Shown piece after piece: positions 1 to 9,044 of a stretch of 64,000 bases of DNA. The notes beneath the pieces are model-generated. The model did not search any database. It saw only the letters and a program-made list of their open reading frames with translations, and was not told the origin of the DNA. Position numbers and translations under genes: made by a program. The DNA is from Candidatus Limivicinus sp. (GTDB lineage: Bacteria > Bacillota > Clostridia > Oscillospirales > Oscillospiraceae), in assembly GCA_045599525.1 (NCBI GenBank), contig JAZRWD010000032.1, forward strand, positions 1,633 through 65,632. The letters are read 5' to 3'. Numbering within the stretch: the first letter of the stretch is position 1; each line of letters starts with the position of its first letter.

Positions 1-1864
1 TGTCATAAACGAAGAGCAGTGAGCCCTTATAATCGCCAGGCAGGATCATCTCCACCAGATTCTCCCCTTCGTCAAACTTCAGTTTTGTTGCGATATATGT
101 GCCGAGAACAGATGCCTTGGTGTCTTCAAAGTCGGACGCCTTGGCCTTATACACCTGCTGTTTATCAGTGAAGAAGAGCAGATCGGCGTTGTTCGTTGTC
201 TCAATGCGAAGCCGGAGGCTGTCCCCTTCTTTGAACTTCTGCTCTCCGCTCATACGCAGAGACTGGGCAGTGATCTTCTTGAAATACCCTTCCTTCGAGA
301 GGAACAGCGTTACCGGATAATCATCTGCTGCAGGTTCCTCTGTATATTCTTCAATTTCCGCAGCATACACCAGTGTGGACTTTCGTGGAAGAACATACTT
401 TTTATTGATCTGCTTCAGCTCGTCGATAATGATTCCCTTGAGGCGTCGCTTGCTGTTGAGAATCTCTTCCAGCTGTTCGATCTCATTTTCCAGGTCGCTC
501 GTCTCCGCTGTGCGCTTGAGGATATACTCGCGGTTGATATTGCGCAGCTTGATCTCTGCCACATATTCCGCCTGAATCTGGTCGATGCCGAAGCCCATCA
601 TCAGGTTAGGCACAACGTCCGCTTCCAGCTCGGTATTGCGGATGATTTCAATGGCCTTGTCAATGTCCAGAAGGATGGCCTTCAGGCCCTTGAGCAGGTG
701 AAGCTTTTCCTTTTTACGGGTCAGGTCATTGTAGACGCGGCGGCGGACACACTGCAGACGCCAGGCTGTCCACTCCTCTAAAATCTCACCGACCCCCATA
801 ACACGTGGATTGCCTTCTACCAGAATGTTAAAGTTACAGGGGAAGGTATCCTGCAGAGGGGTCATCTTAAACAGCTTCTGCATCAGCTTTTCCGGGTCAA
901 CACCACGTTTGAGGTCGATGGCCAGGCGAAGACCACTCAGGTCCGTTTCATCGCGCATATCGTTGATCTCACGAATCTTGCCGTTTTTGATCAGGTCAGC
1001 CACCTTGTCAAGAATGACCTCACAGGTGGTAGTATACGGAATCTCGTAGATTTCGATGATGTTCTCATCGGCCACATGACGCCATTTTGCCCGCACCTTG
1101 AAGCTGCCGCGCCCGGTCCTGTAGATGTTTTCCATCTCTGTACGATCATAGATGATCTCACCGCCGGTAGGAAAATCCGGGGCCGGCAGCGTGGAAAGGA
1201 TATCATGCTCAGGGTCCCGAAGATAGGCAATTGTCGTTTCACACACTTCGTTGAGGTTAAAGCCGCTGATCATACTGGCCATACCGACCGCAATGCCGTT
1301 GTTTGCTGACACCAGGACATTCGGAAAGGTCGTGGGCAGAAGGACCGGTTCCTTCATGCTGCCGTCGTAATTGTCCACGAAGTCAACCGTATCCTTGTCT
1401 ATATCGCGAAAAAGCTCATTACAGATGGCAGAAAGCTTTGCCTCTGTGTATCGCGGTGCGGCATAGGAGGTATCACGGGAATAGACCTTGCCGAAATTGC
1501 CCTTAGAGTCTACAAAGGGTGTCAGCAGAGATTCATTTCCTGCCGCCAGTCGCACCATAGTCTCATAAATGGCCACGTCACCATGGGGATTCAGCTTCAT
1601 GGTCTGGCCGACAATATTCGCGCTCTTGGTCCGTGCTCCGTTCAGCAGCCCCATCTTATACATGGTATACAGAAGCTTGCGATGAGAAGGCTTGAAACCG
1701 TCAATTTCCGGAATGGCGCGGGAAACAATTACACTCATGGCATAGGGCATGTAGTTCGTTTCCAGCGTTTCGGTAATGGGCTGCTCAAGAACACCGCCCT
1801 TCAGTCCGAGCACATTCGGGTTATCGAATTTTTTCTTTTCCTGTTGTTGCTTTTTCTTTGCCAT
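1..1864 (-). CDS. Type IIA DNA topoisomerase subunit A (GyrA/ParC family), first 621 codons; the 3' end runs off the left edge of the window
   Basis: Absent from the ORF track because it is open at the window edge. My own translation from the ATG at 1864 reads MAKKKQQQEKKKFDNPNVLGLKGGVLEQPITETLETNYMPYAMSVIVSRAIPEIDGFKPSHRKLLYTMYKMGLL...GNFGKVYSRDTSYAAPRYTEAKL (catalytic Tyr motif). The frame stays open to base 2. It lies directly downstream of the subunit B gene. Confidence 0.9.
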   Translation of the reverse strand, partial: MAKKKQQQEKKKFDNPNVLGLKGGVLEQPITETLETNYMPYAMSVIVSRAIPEIDGFKPSHRKLLYTMYKMGLLNGARTKSANIVGQTMKLNPHGDVAIYETMVRLAAGNESLLTPFVDSKGNFGKVYSRDTSYAAPRYTEAKLSAICNELFRDIDKDTVDFVDNYDGSMKEPVLLPTTFPNVLVSANNGIAVGMASMISGFNLNEVCETTIAYLRDPEHDILSTLPAPDFPTGGEIIYDRTEMENIYRTGRGSFKVRAKWRHVADENIIEIYEIPYTTTCEVILDKVADLIKNGKIREINDMRDETDLSGLRLAIDLKRGVDPEKLMQKLFKMTPLQDTFPCNFNILVEGNPRVMGVGEILEEWTAWRLQCVRRRVYNDLTRKKEKLHLLKGLKAILLDIDKAIEIIRNTELEADVVPNLMMGFGIDQIQAEYVAEIKLRNINREYILKRTAETSDLENEIEQLEEILNSKRRLKGIIIDELKQINKKYVLPRKSTLVYAAEIEEYTEEPAADDYPVTLFLSKEGYFKKITAQSLRMSGEQKFKEGDSLRLRIETTNNADLLFFTDKQQVYKAKASDFEDTKASVLGTYIATKLKFDEGENLVEMILPGDYKGSLLFVYD

Positions 1865-1876
1865 GGTCTATCTCTT

Positions 1877-2173
1877 TCAGCGCTTTGATTTTTTGATCTT
1901 GTTGCCAGAAATCAGGCTGCGCTTGCATTTTGGGCAGGTCTTCAGCGCTAAAACGCCAAAGGCGATCTGTTTGCCGCAGCTGGGGCATTTGCAATAACGG
2001 AAAATAATAACAAAGGCCCACACAGCAGCTGCCAGCGTCAGCATGGTAAGGCCTATCTGCAATGCGGGGCTGAAGTTGCACAGCACCGCCAGCAGGCAGC
2101 TGACCACAGCCGCCCCCATCAGTTGCTTCACCCGCTCCTGGCCGTATTGAAAATCGTTACCACTAAATTTCAT
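1877..2173 (-). CDS. Small hypothetical membrane protein (98 aa) with a C-terminal CxxC...CxxC zinc ribbon
   Basis: Fills the gap between the two topoisomerase subunit genes. GGAG lies ~9 nt upstream of the ATG at 2173. Two hydrophobic helices (AAVVSCLLAVLCNF, LTMLTLAAAVWAFVIIF) are followed by CKCPSCGK...CPKCKR and a basic tail. Confidence 0.5.
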   Translation of the reverse strand: MKFSGNDFQYGQERVKQLMGAAVVSCLLAVLCNFSPALQIGLTMLTLAAAVWAFVIIFRYCKCPSCGKQIAFGVLALKTCPKCKRSLISGNKIKKSKR

Positions 2174-2191
2174 TTTCTTTTATCTCCATTC

Positions 2192-4198
2192 TCAGGAAAG
2201 ATCTGCAAGATCCAGATACTGTGCGCCGCACTCGGCAATATGCTGCTTTCTGCCCTCCAGATTATCGCCGAGAAGCAGGTCAAACACCCGGCTCATCTCC
2301 TCAACATCCTCGGGCAGTACCCGGATGAGGCGGCGTGTCTCCGGGTTCATCGTCGTCATCCACATCATGTCCGGGTCATTTTCGCCCAGACCTTTGCTGC
2401 GGCTGATGCTGACCTTTGTTCCCTTCAGTTCCTCCAGAATCTCTGCTTTTTCCCGGTCGGTATAGGCAAAGCGGGTCTTTTCTTCACTCTTAACCTTATA
2501 GTTGATCTCATACAGCGGAGACTCAGCGATGTACACGTAGCCCTCCCGCAAAAGCGTAGGGACAAGACGGTACAGCATGGTAAGAATCAGTGTGCGGATC
2601 TGGTAGCCATCTACGTCTGCATCGGTGCAGATGATGATCTTATTCCAGCGGAGGTTATTGATATCAAAACCGGAAAGGTCCTTGTTGCTTTTGTCTTTTA
2701 CCTCAACGCCACAGCCCAATACCTTCATCAGGTCCGTTATAACATCACTCTTGAAAATACGGGCATAATCTGCCTTCAGGCAGTTGAGTATCTTTCCGCG
2801 TACCGGCATGATCCCCTGGAATTCCGCATCGCGGGAAAGCTTGCAGGAACCCAATGCCGAGTCACCCTCCACGATGTAAATCTCGCGACGGTCAACATCC
2901 TTGCTGCGGCAGTCGACAAATTTCTGCACGCGGTTGGCAATATCAATGGTGCCTGTCAGCTTTTTCTTCATACCCTGACGGGTACGCTCGGCCTGCTCGC
3001 GGCTTCGTTTGTTGATCAGCACCTGCTCGGCAATACGGTCTGCTTCCGGCTTGTTCTCAATGAAGTATACTTCCAACTGCGCCTTGAAGAACTCCGTCAT
3101 CGCACGCTGAATGAAGGTGTTATTGATTGCCTTTTTCGTCTGGTTAGCGTAGGAGGTCTGCGTTGAGAAGCAGTTCGTCACCAGAACCAGGCAATCCTGT
3201 ACATCCTGAAATTTGATACTATCTTCATTTTTCTGGTATTTCCCCAACTGCTTTATATAGGCATCGATTGCTGCAGTAAAGGCTCGCTGTGTTGCATTGG
3301 CCGGTGCCCCACCGTTTTCCAGCCAGGAAGAGTTGTGATAATACTCCAGCGCCGTTGTTTTGTTTGAGAAGCAAAAAGCTGCGGTGATCTTCACCTTGTA
3401 ATCGGCTTTATCGTCTCTGTCGCGCCCTTTGCGCTCACAGGAGATGAAGTGCGGCTCTGTCAGTGGGCCTTCGCCGGCCAGCTCCTTAACATATTCGGTA
3501 ATACCGTTCTCGTAATAATAGTCCGTGTTTTCAAATTTACCGTTCTTTTCCACACGGAGGCGGAAGGTAACACCGGCATTCACTACAGCCTGGCGATGCA
3601 GCACATCACGAAAATAGTCCTCGGGGATATTGATATCGGTAAACACCTCGGTGTCCGGACGCCAGCGGATGGTCGTGCCGGTCTTTTTCCGGTCTGCCGG
3701 CTCAACCAGCAATTCCTGTCCCTTTTTGCCAACAACATTTCCTTTTTTGAAATGCAGGGAATATTTGTTTCCGTCACGGCGGACCGTTACGTCCATATAT
3801 TCAGAGGCATACTGGGTAGCACAGGACCCCAAGCCATTGAGTCCCAGAGAATACTCGTAGTCACCGCCATCAGCGTTTTTGTATTTGCCGCCTGCGTACA
3901 GCTCGCAAAAGACCAGCTCCCAGTTAAACCGCTTTTCCACAGGGTTCCAGTCCAGCGGGCAGCCTCGGCCCAGGTCCTCTACCTCGATGGACCTGTCTTC
4001 GTAGCAGGTCAAGGTGATCAGATCGCCATATCCCTCTTTTGCCTCGTCAATGGCGTTGGAAAGGATCTCAAAAACGGCATGTTCACAGCCATCCAACCCA
4101 TCAGACCCGAAAATAACACTGGGACGCTTGCGTACCCGGTCGGCCCCTTTCAGTTGGGTGATACTCTCATTGCCGTATTGCTCAGATGTTTTCGTCAT
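2192..4198 (-). CDS. Type IIA DNA topoisomerase subunit B (GyrB/ParE family; divergent second paralogue, probably topo IV-like)
   Basis: 668 aa. GHKL ATPase N-terminus (VFEILSNAIDEA), Toprim motif EIYIVEGDSALGS, IIICTDADVDGYQIR, and C-terminal SKGLGENDPDMMW. The N-terminal ITQLKGADRVRKRPSVIFGS differs from the canonical gyrase LEGLEAVRKRPGMYIG. Confidence 0.9.
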   Translation of the reverse strand: MTKTSEQYGNESITQLKGADRVRKRPSVIFGSDGLDGCEHAVFEILSNAIDEAKEGYGDLITLTCYEDRSIEVEDLGRGCPLDWNPVEKRFNWELVFCELYAGGKYKNADGGDYEYSLGLNGLGSCATQYASEYMDVTVRRDGNKYSLHFKKGNVVGKKGQELLVEPADRKKTGTTIRWRPDTEVFTDINIPEDYFRDVLHRQAVVNAGVTFRLRVEKNGKFENTDYYYENGITEYVKELAGEGPLTEPHFISCERKGRDRDDKADYKVKITAAFCFSNKTTALEYYHNSSWLENGGAPANATQRAFTAAIDAYIKQLGKYQKNEDSIKFQDVQDCLVLVTNCFSTQTSYANQTKKAINNTFIQRAMTEFFKAQLEVYFIENKPEADRIAEQVLINKRSREQAERTRQGMKKKLTGTIDIANRVQKFVDCRSKDVDRREIYIVEGDSALGSCKLSRDAEFQGIMPVRGKILNCLKADYARIFKSDVITDLMKVLGCGVEVKDKSNKDLSGFDINNLRWNKIIICTDADVDGYQIRTLILTMLYRLVPTLLREGYVYIAESPLYEINYKVKSEEKTRFAYTDREKAEILEELKGTKVSISRSKGLGENDPDMMWMTTMNPETRRLIRVLPEDVEEMSRVFDLLLGDNLEGRKQHIAECGAQYLDLADLS

Positions 4199-4258
4199 AA
4201 AGTGTTTTCCTTGCTTGTCCGGCGCCCGGATAAATAAGGGCGCATATTCTTTAATTTT

Positions 4259-4287
4259 ATTATATCAAAAAAGCGCTTTATTTGCAA
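4259..4287 (-). promoter_or_regulatory. Sigma-A type promoter of the topoisomerase operon
   Basis: On the minus strand: TTGCAA (4282-4287), 17 nt spacer, TATAAT (4259-4264). It lies about 60 nt upstream of the ATG at 4198. Confidence 0.6.
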
Positions 4288-4310
4288 GCAAGCCACATTT
4301 TCATGAAAAA

Positions 4311-4337
4311 GCCCTGCCGAACAATCTTCGTCAGGGC
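4311..4337 (-). terminator. Intrinsic terminator after malQ (bidirectional shape)
   Basis: Hairpin GCCCTGCCGAA-CAATC-TTCGTCAGGGC flanked by A5 on one side and T5 on the other, about 100 nt downstream of the malQ stop. Confidence 0.7.
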
Positions 4338-4437
4338 TTTTTCCTTATCGTTTTTCAAGGCAGTGGATGTTCTGCTCATACAGAGTGTCTGCGCGGCATT
4401 TTAGCAGTACGACGCTCAGCAAAACGCGTTGCTGATT

Positions 4438-6030
4438 TTAATCTTCAGTTTTCGGCTCCTGCTCTACTTCGGAAGAAGCCTTCCCGGTATCCTTTTGCTC
4501 TGCGGTTTCCTCCGTTGCGTCCTTTTCCAACGGCTTTTTTGCCGGAGGATCAGGCAGACGGCCAAACATCTTGGTCAGTGCATAGATTTTCTTCGTAGTA
4601 TCCTTATCGATTGCATCCGGCAGCATACGCCACTGCCAGTTGCCTGCCGCTTTTCCGGGGAAGTTCATCCGGGCACCTGTATCCAGCTCCAGAACATCCT
4701 GCATCTGCATGATAAACAGGTTAGAGCAGGTAGCCATACCGGCACGCATCAGTTCCCAGTTCCAGTTCGCACCATCTGCAATGCGAAGATATTCCTGTGC
4801 GTGCTTCAGTTCCTTCTTCGATGTTGTGGCGAGCCAGCCCCTGATAGTATCATTATCATGGGTTCCCAGATAACAGACACTGTTTTTGTCACAGTTGTGA
4901 GGAAGGTAATCCCCCTTATCCCCTGCGCCGAAGGCAAACTCCATCACCTTCATCCCTGGGAAACCGGACTCATCCAGAAGTGCACGGACCTCAGGCGTGA
5001 TCACGCCAAGGTCTTCAGCAATCATACGGATCCCCTTAAACCAGCATTTGATAATATAGACGAAATACTCGCCGGGACCTTTGACCCATTTGCCGTTTCT
5101 TGCCGTAGTATCCCCATATGGCACTGCCCAGTAGCTTTCCAGACCGCGGAAATGGTCAAAACGGATAACATCGTATAGTGCGCGCGCTCCGTCAATGCGG
5201 CGAAGCCACCAGCCGAAGCCATCCTCACGCATTTTCTCCCAGTCATACAGCGGGTTGCCCCACAGCTGGCCGTCTGCAGTAAAGGCATCAGGCGGTACTC
5301 CCGCGACTGCTTTGGGCAGATTCTTTTCATCCAGCTGGAAAAACTCCGGCTCGCTCCACACGTCGGCAGAGTCCATCGCCACATAGATTGGTATATCCCC
5401 AATAAACTCGATGCCGTTCTTATGGGCATATTCCCGCAGCGCCTTCCACTGCTTATAGAACTCGAACTGTACAAACACCCAGAAGTCAATGTCATCCTTC
5501 AGTTCCTGGCTATACTGTTCTACGGCCCATCGGCGGTGCAGGCGAATGTCATCGTCTGTCCATTCTGTCCATGCGGCCATACCAAAAAAGGCCTTAAGAC
5601 TCATGTATAGGGCATAGGTTTCCAGCCAGCGTGCGTTCTCTTTACGGAAGGCAGCAATCTCCTCTGCAAATTTTCCGCTGCGTGAAAAGGCAGTACGCAG
5701 AAGCGGAAAACGGCCCTCATATATTTTGCCGTAATCCACCCGTGCAGGATCTTCTCCCCATTCGCAGGCTTCGATCTCACGCTTTTTCAGCAGCTTGTCC
5801 TTGACCAGCAGTTCCAGGTCGATCATATACGGATTGCCCGCAAAGGAGGAGAAGGACTGGTAGGGACTGTCACCATAGCTGGTCGGCCCCATAGGCAGGA
5901 CCTGCCAGTAGCTCTGACCGGCTGCCTTCAAAAAGTCCACAAATTTGTACGCGCTCTTGCCAAGCGTGCCAATACCGTATGGAGACGGCAGGGATGTAAT
6001 AGACATCAGAATACCGCTGCTGCGATTCAT
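4438..6030 (-). CDS. malQ: 4-alpha-glucanotransferase (amylomaltase, GH77)
   Basis: MNRSSGILMSITSLPSPYGIGTLGKSAYKFVDFLKAAGQSYWQVLPMGPTSYGDSPYQSFS is the typical MalQ N-terminus. I place the start at the ATG at 6030 (GGAGG 8 nt upstream), not the track start at 6189. About 40 aa of low-complexity K/E/T-rich C-terminal tail. Confidence 0.9.
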   Translation of the reverse strand: MNRSSGILMSITSLPSPYGIGTLGKSAYKFVDFLKAAGQSYWQVLPMGPTSYGDSPYQSFSSFAGNPYMIDLELLVKDKLLKKREIEACEWGEDPARVDYGKIYEGRFPLLRTAFSRSGKFAEEIAAFRKENARWLETYALYMSLKAFFGMAAWTEWTDDDIRLHRRWAVEQYSQELKDDIDFWVFVQFEFYKQWKALREYAHKNGIEFIGDIPIYVAMDSADVWSEPEFFQLDEKNLPKAVAGVPPDAFTADGQLWGNPLYDWEKMREDGFGWWLRRIDGARALYDVIRFDHFRGLESYWAVPYGDTTARNGKWVKGPGEYFVYIIKCWFKGIRMIAEDLGVITPEVRALLDESGFPGMKVMEFAFGAGDKGDYLPHNCDKNSVCYLGTHDNDTIRGWLATTSKKELKHAQEYLRIADGANWNWELMRAGMATCSNLFIMQMQDVLELDTGARMNFPGKAAGNWQWRMLPDAIDKDTTKKIYALTKMFGRLPDPPAKKPLEKDATEETAEQKDTGKASSEVEQEPKTED

Positions 6031-6166
6031 ATGGATACCTCCGTGTGTTTTCTGCCGCTTTAGGCAGGTCACTTTTTCGATTATTTTAGTCTTTTCTCCC
6101 CTTATTGTCAACACAATGGCGAAGGAGGGGATTTCCATGCTTTCGCGGAATCGTTGACTTTTTTGC

Positions 6167-6724
6167 TCAGTGAAAGCAGATACACCCAAAATAGGTCACC
6201 GTGTTTTCTCCGTTAATATAGTTCACCCCGGCAGACTCTGCCAGCCGGTTGACCTGCACACCATAGCTTTCCACAGAAGGATAGCAACGCGTGGGAAAAC
6301 GGCATGGCCGGTCCGGATACGTGCAAGACCGACATTCTGTACAGCCGTCTCCGGAGAGAATCAGCTTTTCCCCGCGGAGCTCCCGCTCAATGAAAGCGGT
6401 AACTTCTCGGCTGATCGCTGCGTGCCGCTTTCGCCCCTGCAGCATCCCTTCCATGTCATAGGAATCCTTCAGTGGGTGTAAGGTGGTAAAAACGAATACC
6501 TGCGCATACTGCAGGATACGCTCCCTGCATTCCTCATAATTGCCTACCGCAGGCGGGCACATCCAGCAGCGGCCATAGTGACCGCAATAGTTGAGTGCGC
6601 AAAGCTCACGCACCTGGGGATGAAAAGAGATCTCCTGTACAGGCACAATGCCATATTGATGAATATGAAGCATTTCCCTGTTTTTCTCCAGGAGTTGTGC
6701 GAGTCCGCTGCCTGTTTTCGTCAT
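6167..6724 (-). CDS. DUF2284-type predicted metal-binding protein
   Basis: 185 aa, Cys-rich, with NYCGHYGRCWMCPP and CTECRSCTYPDRPC motifs as I remember them for DUF2284. Confidence 0.65.
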   Translation of the reverse strand: MTKTGSGLAQLLEKNREMLHIHQYGIVPVQEISFHPQVRELCALNYCGHYGRCWMCPPAVGNYEECRERILQYAQVFVFTTLHPLKDSYDMEGMLQGRKRHAAISREVTAFIERELRGEKLILSGDGCTECRSCTYPDRPCRFPTRCYPSVESYGVQVNRLAESAGVNYINGENTVTYFGCICFH

Positions 6725-6745
6725 TCTGCTCCCGCGCTCCCCGTT

Positions 6746-7735
6746 TTATTGTTTCTGCAGGAAAGACTCCCCTTCCCGAACGGTATTCGCCAGATAACGG
6801 ATAACCTCTACCGGGTAACTGCCCGCAGCAGTTTCTCCAGTAACCATCACAGAAGCTGCCCCGTCAAGGACTGCATTAAAAATGTCACTGACCTCCGCAC
6901 GTGTCGGTACCGGTTTTGTCTCCATGCTTGTCAGCATCTGCGTAACCACCATAAAGGGTTTCTCTGCTCTCCGACACGCATCAGCAATCTTCTTTTGCAG
7001 TGCGGGCAGTTTCCAGAGGGGGACAGCGTTTCCAAGGTCTCCCCGTGCGATAACGATCTCATCACACGCAGGGATCAGTTCATCCAGATGAGATACTCCA
7101 TCCAGGTTCTCGATTTTCGCAAAGATTCTCAGGTTTTCTCCTCCGGCTGCGTCTGCTTCCCGCCGCAGATCTTCCAGGTCTTTTCTATTACGCACAAACG
7201 GCTGCATGATACCGGTCACGCCATAGGCTGCCGCCAGCTGCAGATTATATTTATCCCGTTCGGTAAGGACCGGCAATAAAATGCTCCTACCGGGCAGGGC
7301 AATGCTCTTTTTCCCGGTCAACACCCCACCGCGGATGACCTTGGCGCGGCATATGTTCTCTCCGGCGTCCAGAATCTCCAGCAGGATTTTTCCGTCATCC
7401 AGAAGGACCGCCTGTCCCTTAACGCAGGCTTCCTGTACCTGTCGCTGAACAGGGATACCTCCTTCGCCCAGTTGAACCTCTGAACCACTCTGCAGCTGCA
7501 GGGGATTAGACAGTTCCCCGATGCGCAGCTCCGGCCCCTGCATATCAATAAGGAGGTCGACCTTCGTGCCGCAGTCCTCTTCTGCCGCATGAAGAGCCTG
7601 AATCTGTCCGGCTGCCTTGTCGATATCAGTATGAGAAATGTTCAGCCGTATCCCGGTCATTCCTGCCGCAATCATTCCGCGCAGAGTGTCACGGTCTGCG
7701 CAGGCCGGCCCAAGTGTTCCGTAAATAGCCACCAT
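6746..7735 (-). CDS. Pyruvate kinase-like protein, A and B domains only (329 aa, no C-terminal domain)
   Basis: GTLGPA...GIRLNISH, IFAKIENLDG, IVIARGDLG, VVTQMLTSM, PTRAEVSDIFNAVLDGA and TGETAAGSYP motifs are present. The protein ends ~20 aa after the last barrel motif, and the next gene starts 21 nt downstream. Confidence 0.75.
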   Translation of the reverse strand: MVAIYGTLGPACADRDTLRGMIAAGMTGIRLNISHTDIDKAAGQIQALHAAEEDCGTKVDLLIDMQGPELRIGELSNPLQLQSGSEVQLGEGGIPVQRQVQEACVKGQAVLLDDGKILLEILDAGENICRAKVIRGGVLTGKKSIALPGRSILLPVLTERDKYNLQLAAAYGVTGIMQPFVRNRKDLEDLRREADAAGGENLRIFAKIENLDGVSHLDELIPACDEIVIARGDLGNAVPLWKLPALQKKIADACRRAEKPFMVVTQMLTSMETKPVPTRAEVSDIFNAVLDGAASVMVTGETAAGSYPVEVIRYLANTVREGESFLQKQ

Positions 7736-7930
7736 CGTATTCTATCCTCCACGGTTCAGCTGCAAGGGTGTGGTTTCCAACCATTGCCTGTTCGGTTCTT
7801 TCCTTTTATGTATCTGACATTATCTTCAGAGACTCCGACATAATGAGAAACCAACACTGTTACAGGTTATTATCTCTTTTTACTATACGCAGTATACTCT
7901 GCTGTGGCAAGAAAAAAATTTACAATTCGA

Positions 7931-7969
7931 TTGACGAATGCCGTCACTATCTGTTACAATAGCTGTAAC
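7931..7969 (+). promoter_or_regulatory. Promoter of the lipoprotein gene with an overlapping palindrome
   Basis: TTGACG (7931-7936), 18 nt spacer with TG, TACAAT (7955-7960). The inverted repeat GTTACA (7953-7958) N5 TGTAAC (7964-7969) overlaps the -10 element. Confidence 0.55.
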
Positions 7970-7999
7970 CGAATTGTTTTATTTAGGATGTGATTTGAA

Positions 8000-8965
8000 A
8001 TGAAGAAAGTCATTCTTGCCTTATCATCCGCTGCCCTGTGCCTTAGTCTTTGTGCATGCGGCGATATTCAGATCAACGCAAGCCAGCAGGTTGCCGATGC
8101 GCTGATTCAGGCTATGGAGAGTGCTGCTGCTCCGCAGAGTGCCGCAACATCCTCCTCTGCTGCCGTACCGCAGGCTGCTGAGCCAGCGATTCAGCAGGTC
8201 GCTGCTCAGGAAGTTCCTACTGTTACTCCGCTCCCCGCTCAGGCAACTGCAGCAAGTTCACTGGTCTACACTCCTATCGCTGAGCAGGCCAGCGCCAATC
8301 CTGCCCTCTATTCTGCGGCGGAAAGCCCCACTGTTGGCGCTTTTGGTACGACAACCGATCCCACCCGTTCCGGTATCATCAACATACTCAAGCACCCTAC
8401 CTCGGAAACACTGCCTGTATACAATGATGCCTATTTTATCGCTCATGCTTCCAATGCCACCAGTATCACCTGGCTGATTGCCAACAGCGATGCATCCATC
8501 ATTTATACTGCCGCCGATGCCCCCTACTACATCTACGGTCTCTCCGTACGCGGTGCATACAGTGATACGCTGGTTCTGGAAAATGTACCTCTGTCCATGA
8601 ATGGTTGGAAGGTCCAGGCCAAGTTTGACGGCCCCGGCGGCCCTGTTTATTCCAATGTTGCCTATCTGAACATTTATCAGGTATATTATCGCCCTTGCAA
8701 GCCGGTCGTCACGCCTGTTCCGGTCAATCCCTCCGGCCATGTTCCCGGCACGGGTACTTCAGCCGATACCGGCATTATCATTAATGCGAATAACTCTAAT
8801 GTCGATGTAAATGTTACCAATACAACAACAAACAATACCATTACCTACTACTCCGTCGAACAAACCAATAGCAATAATGAAACCACTACGGTAACGGAAG
8901 AGACGATCACCAAAACAGAAATAACCGAAACCACCACCTATAACGCTACAGAAAACAACGAATGA
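8000..8965 (+). CDS. Hypothetical lipoprotein with an A/P/Q/S-rich linker, one Ig-like-looking domain and a T/N-rich tail
   Basis: Signal peptide MKKVILALSSAALCLSLCA|CGD with lipobox LCAC. The C-terminal ~70 aa are almost only T/N/E/I. Confidence 0.7.
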   Translation: MKKVILALSSAALCLSLCACGDIQINASQQVADALIQAMESAAAPQSAATSSSAAVPQAAEPAIQQVAAQEVPTVTPLPAQATAASSLVYTPIAEQASANPALYSAAESPTVGAFGTTTDPTRSGIINILKHPTSETLPVYNDAYFIAHASNATSITWLIANSDASIIYTAADAPYYIYGLSVRGAYSDTLVLENVPLSMNGWKVQAKFDGPGGPVYSNVAYLNIYQVYYRPCKPVVTPVPVNPSGHVPGTGTSADTGIIINANNSNVDVNVTNTTTNNTITYYSVEQTNSNNETTTVTEETITKTEITETTTYNATENNE

Positions 8966-9044
8966 TTTCCGACTGGCAAAGGAAACTGCACAGCCCACCG
9001 GACCGCTTCAATGCGGAAGCACCGGTGGGCTGTTGGTTTTTATG

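Noticed and set aside
6031-6189. N-terminal extensions of track ORFs (malQ here; also oadB 28521-28628, rnhB 39582-39719, def 48862-49029, cmk 21667-21756, DUF1292 51205-51501)
   Set aside because: In each case an internal ATG with a good Shine-Dalgarno gives the family-typical N-terminus. The extension overlaps the upstream gene or its terminator.
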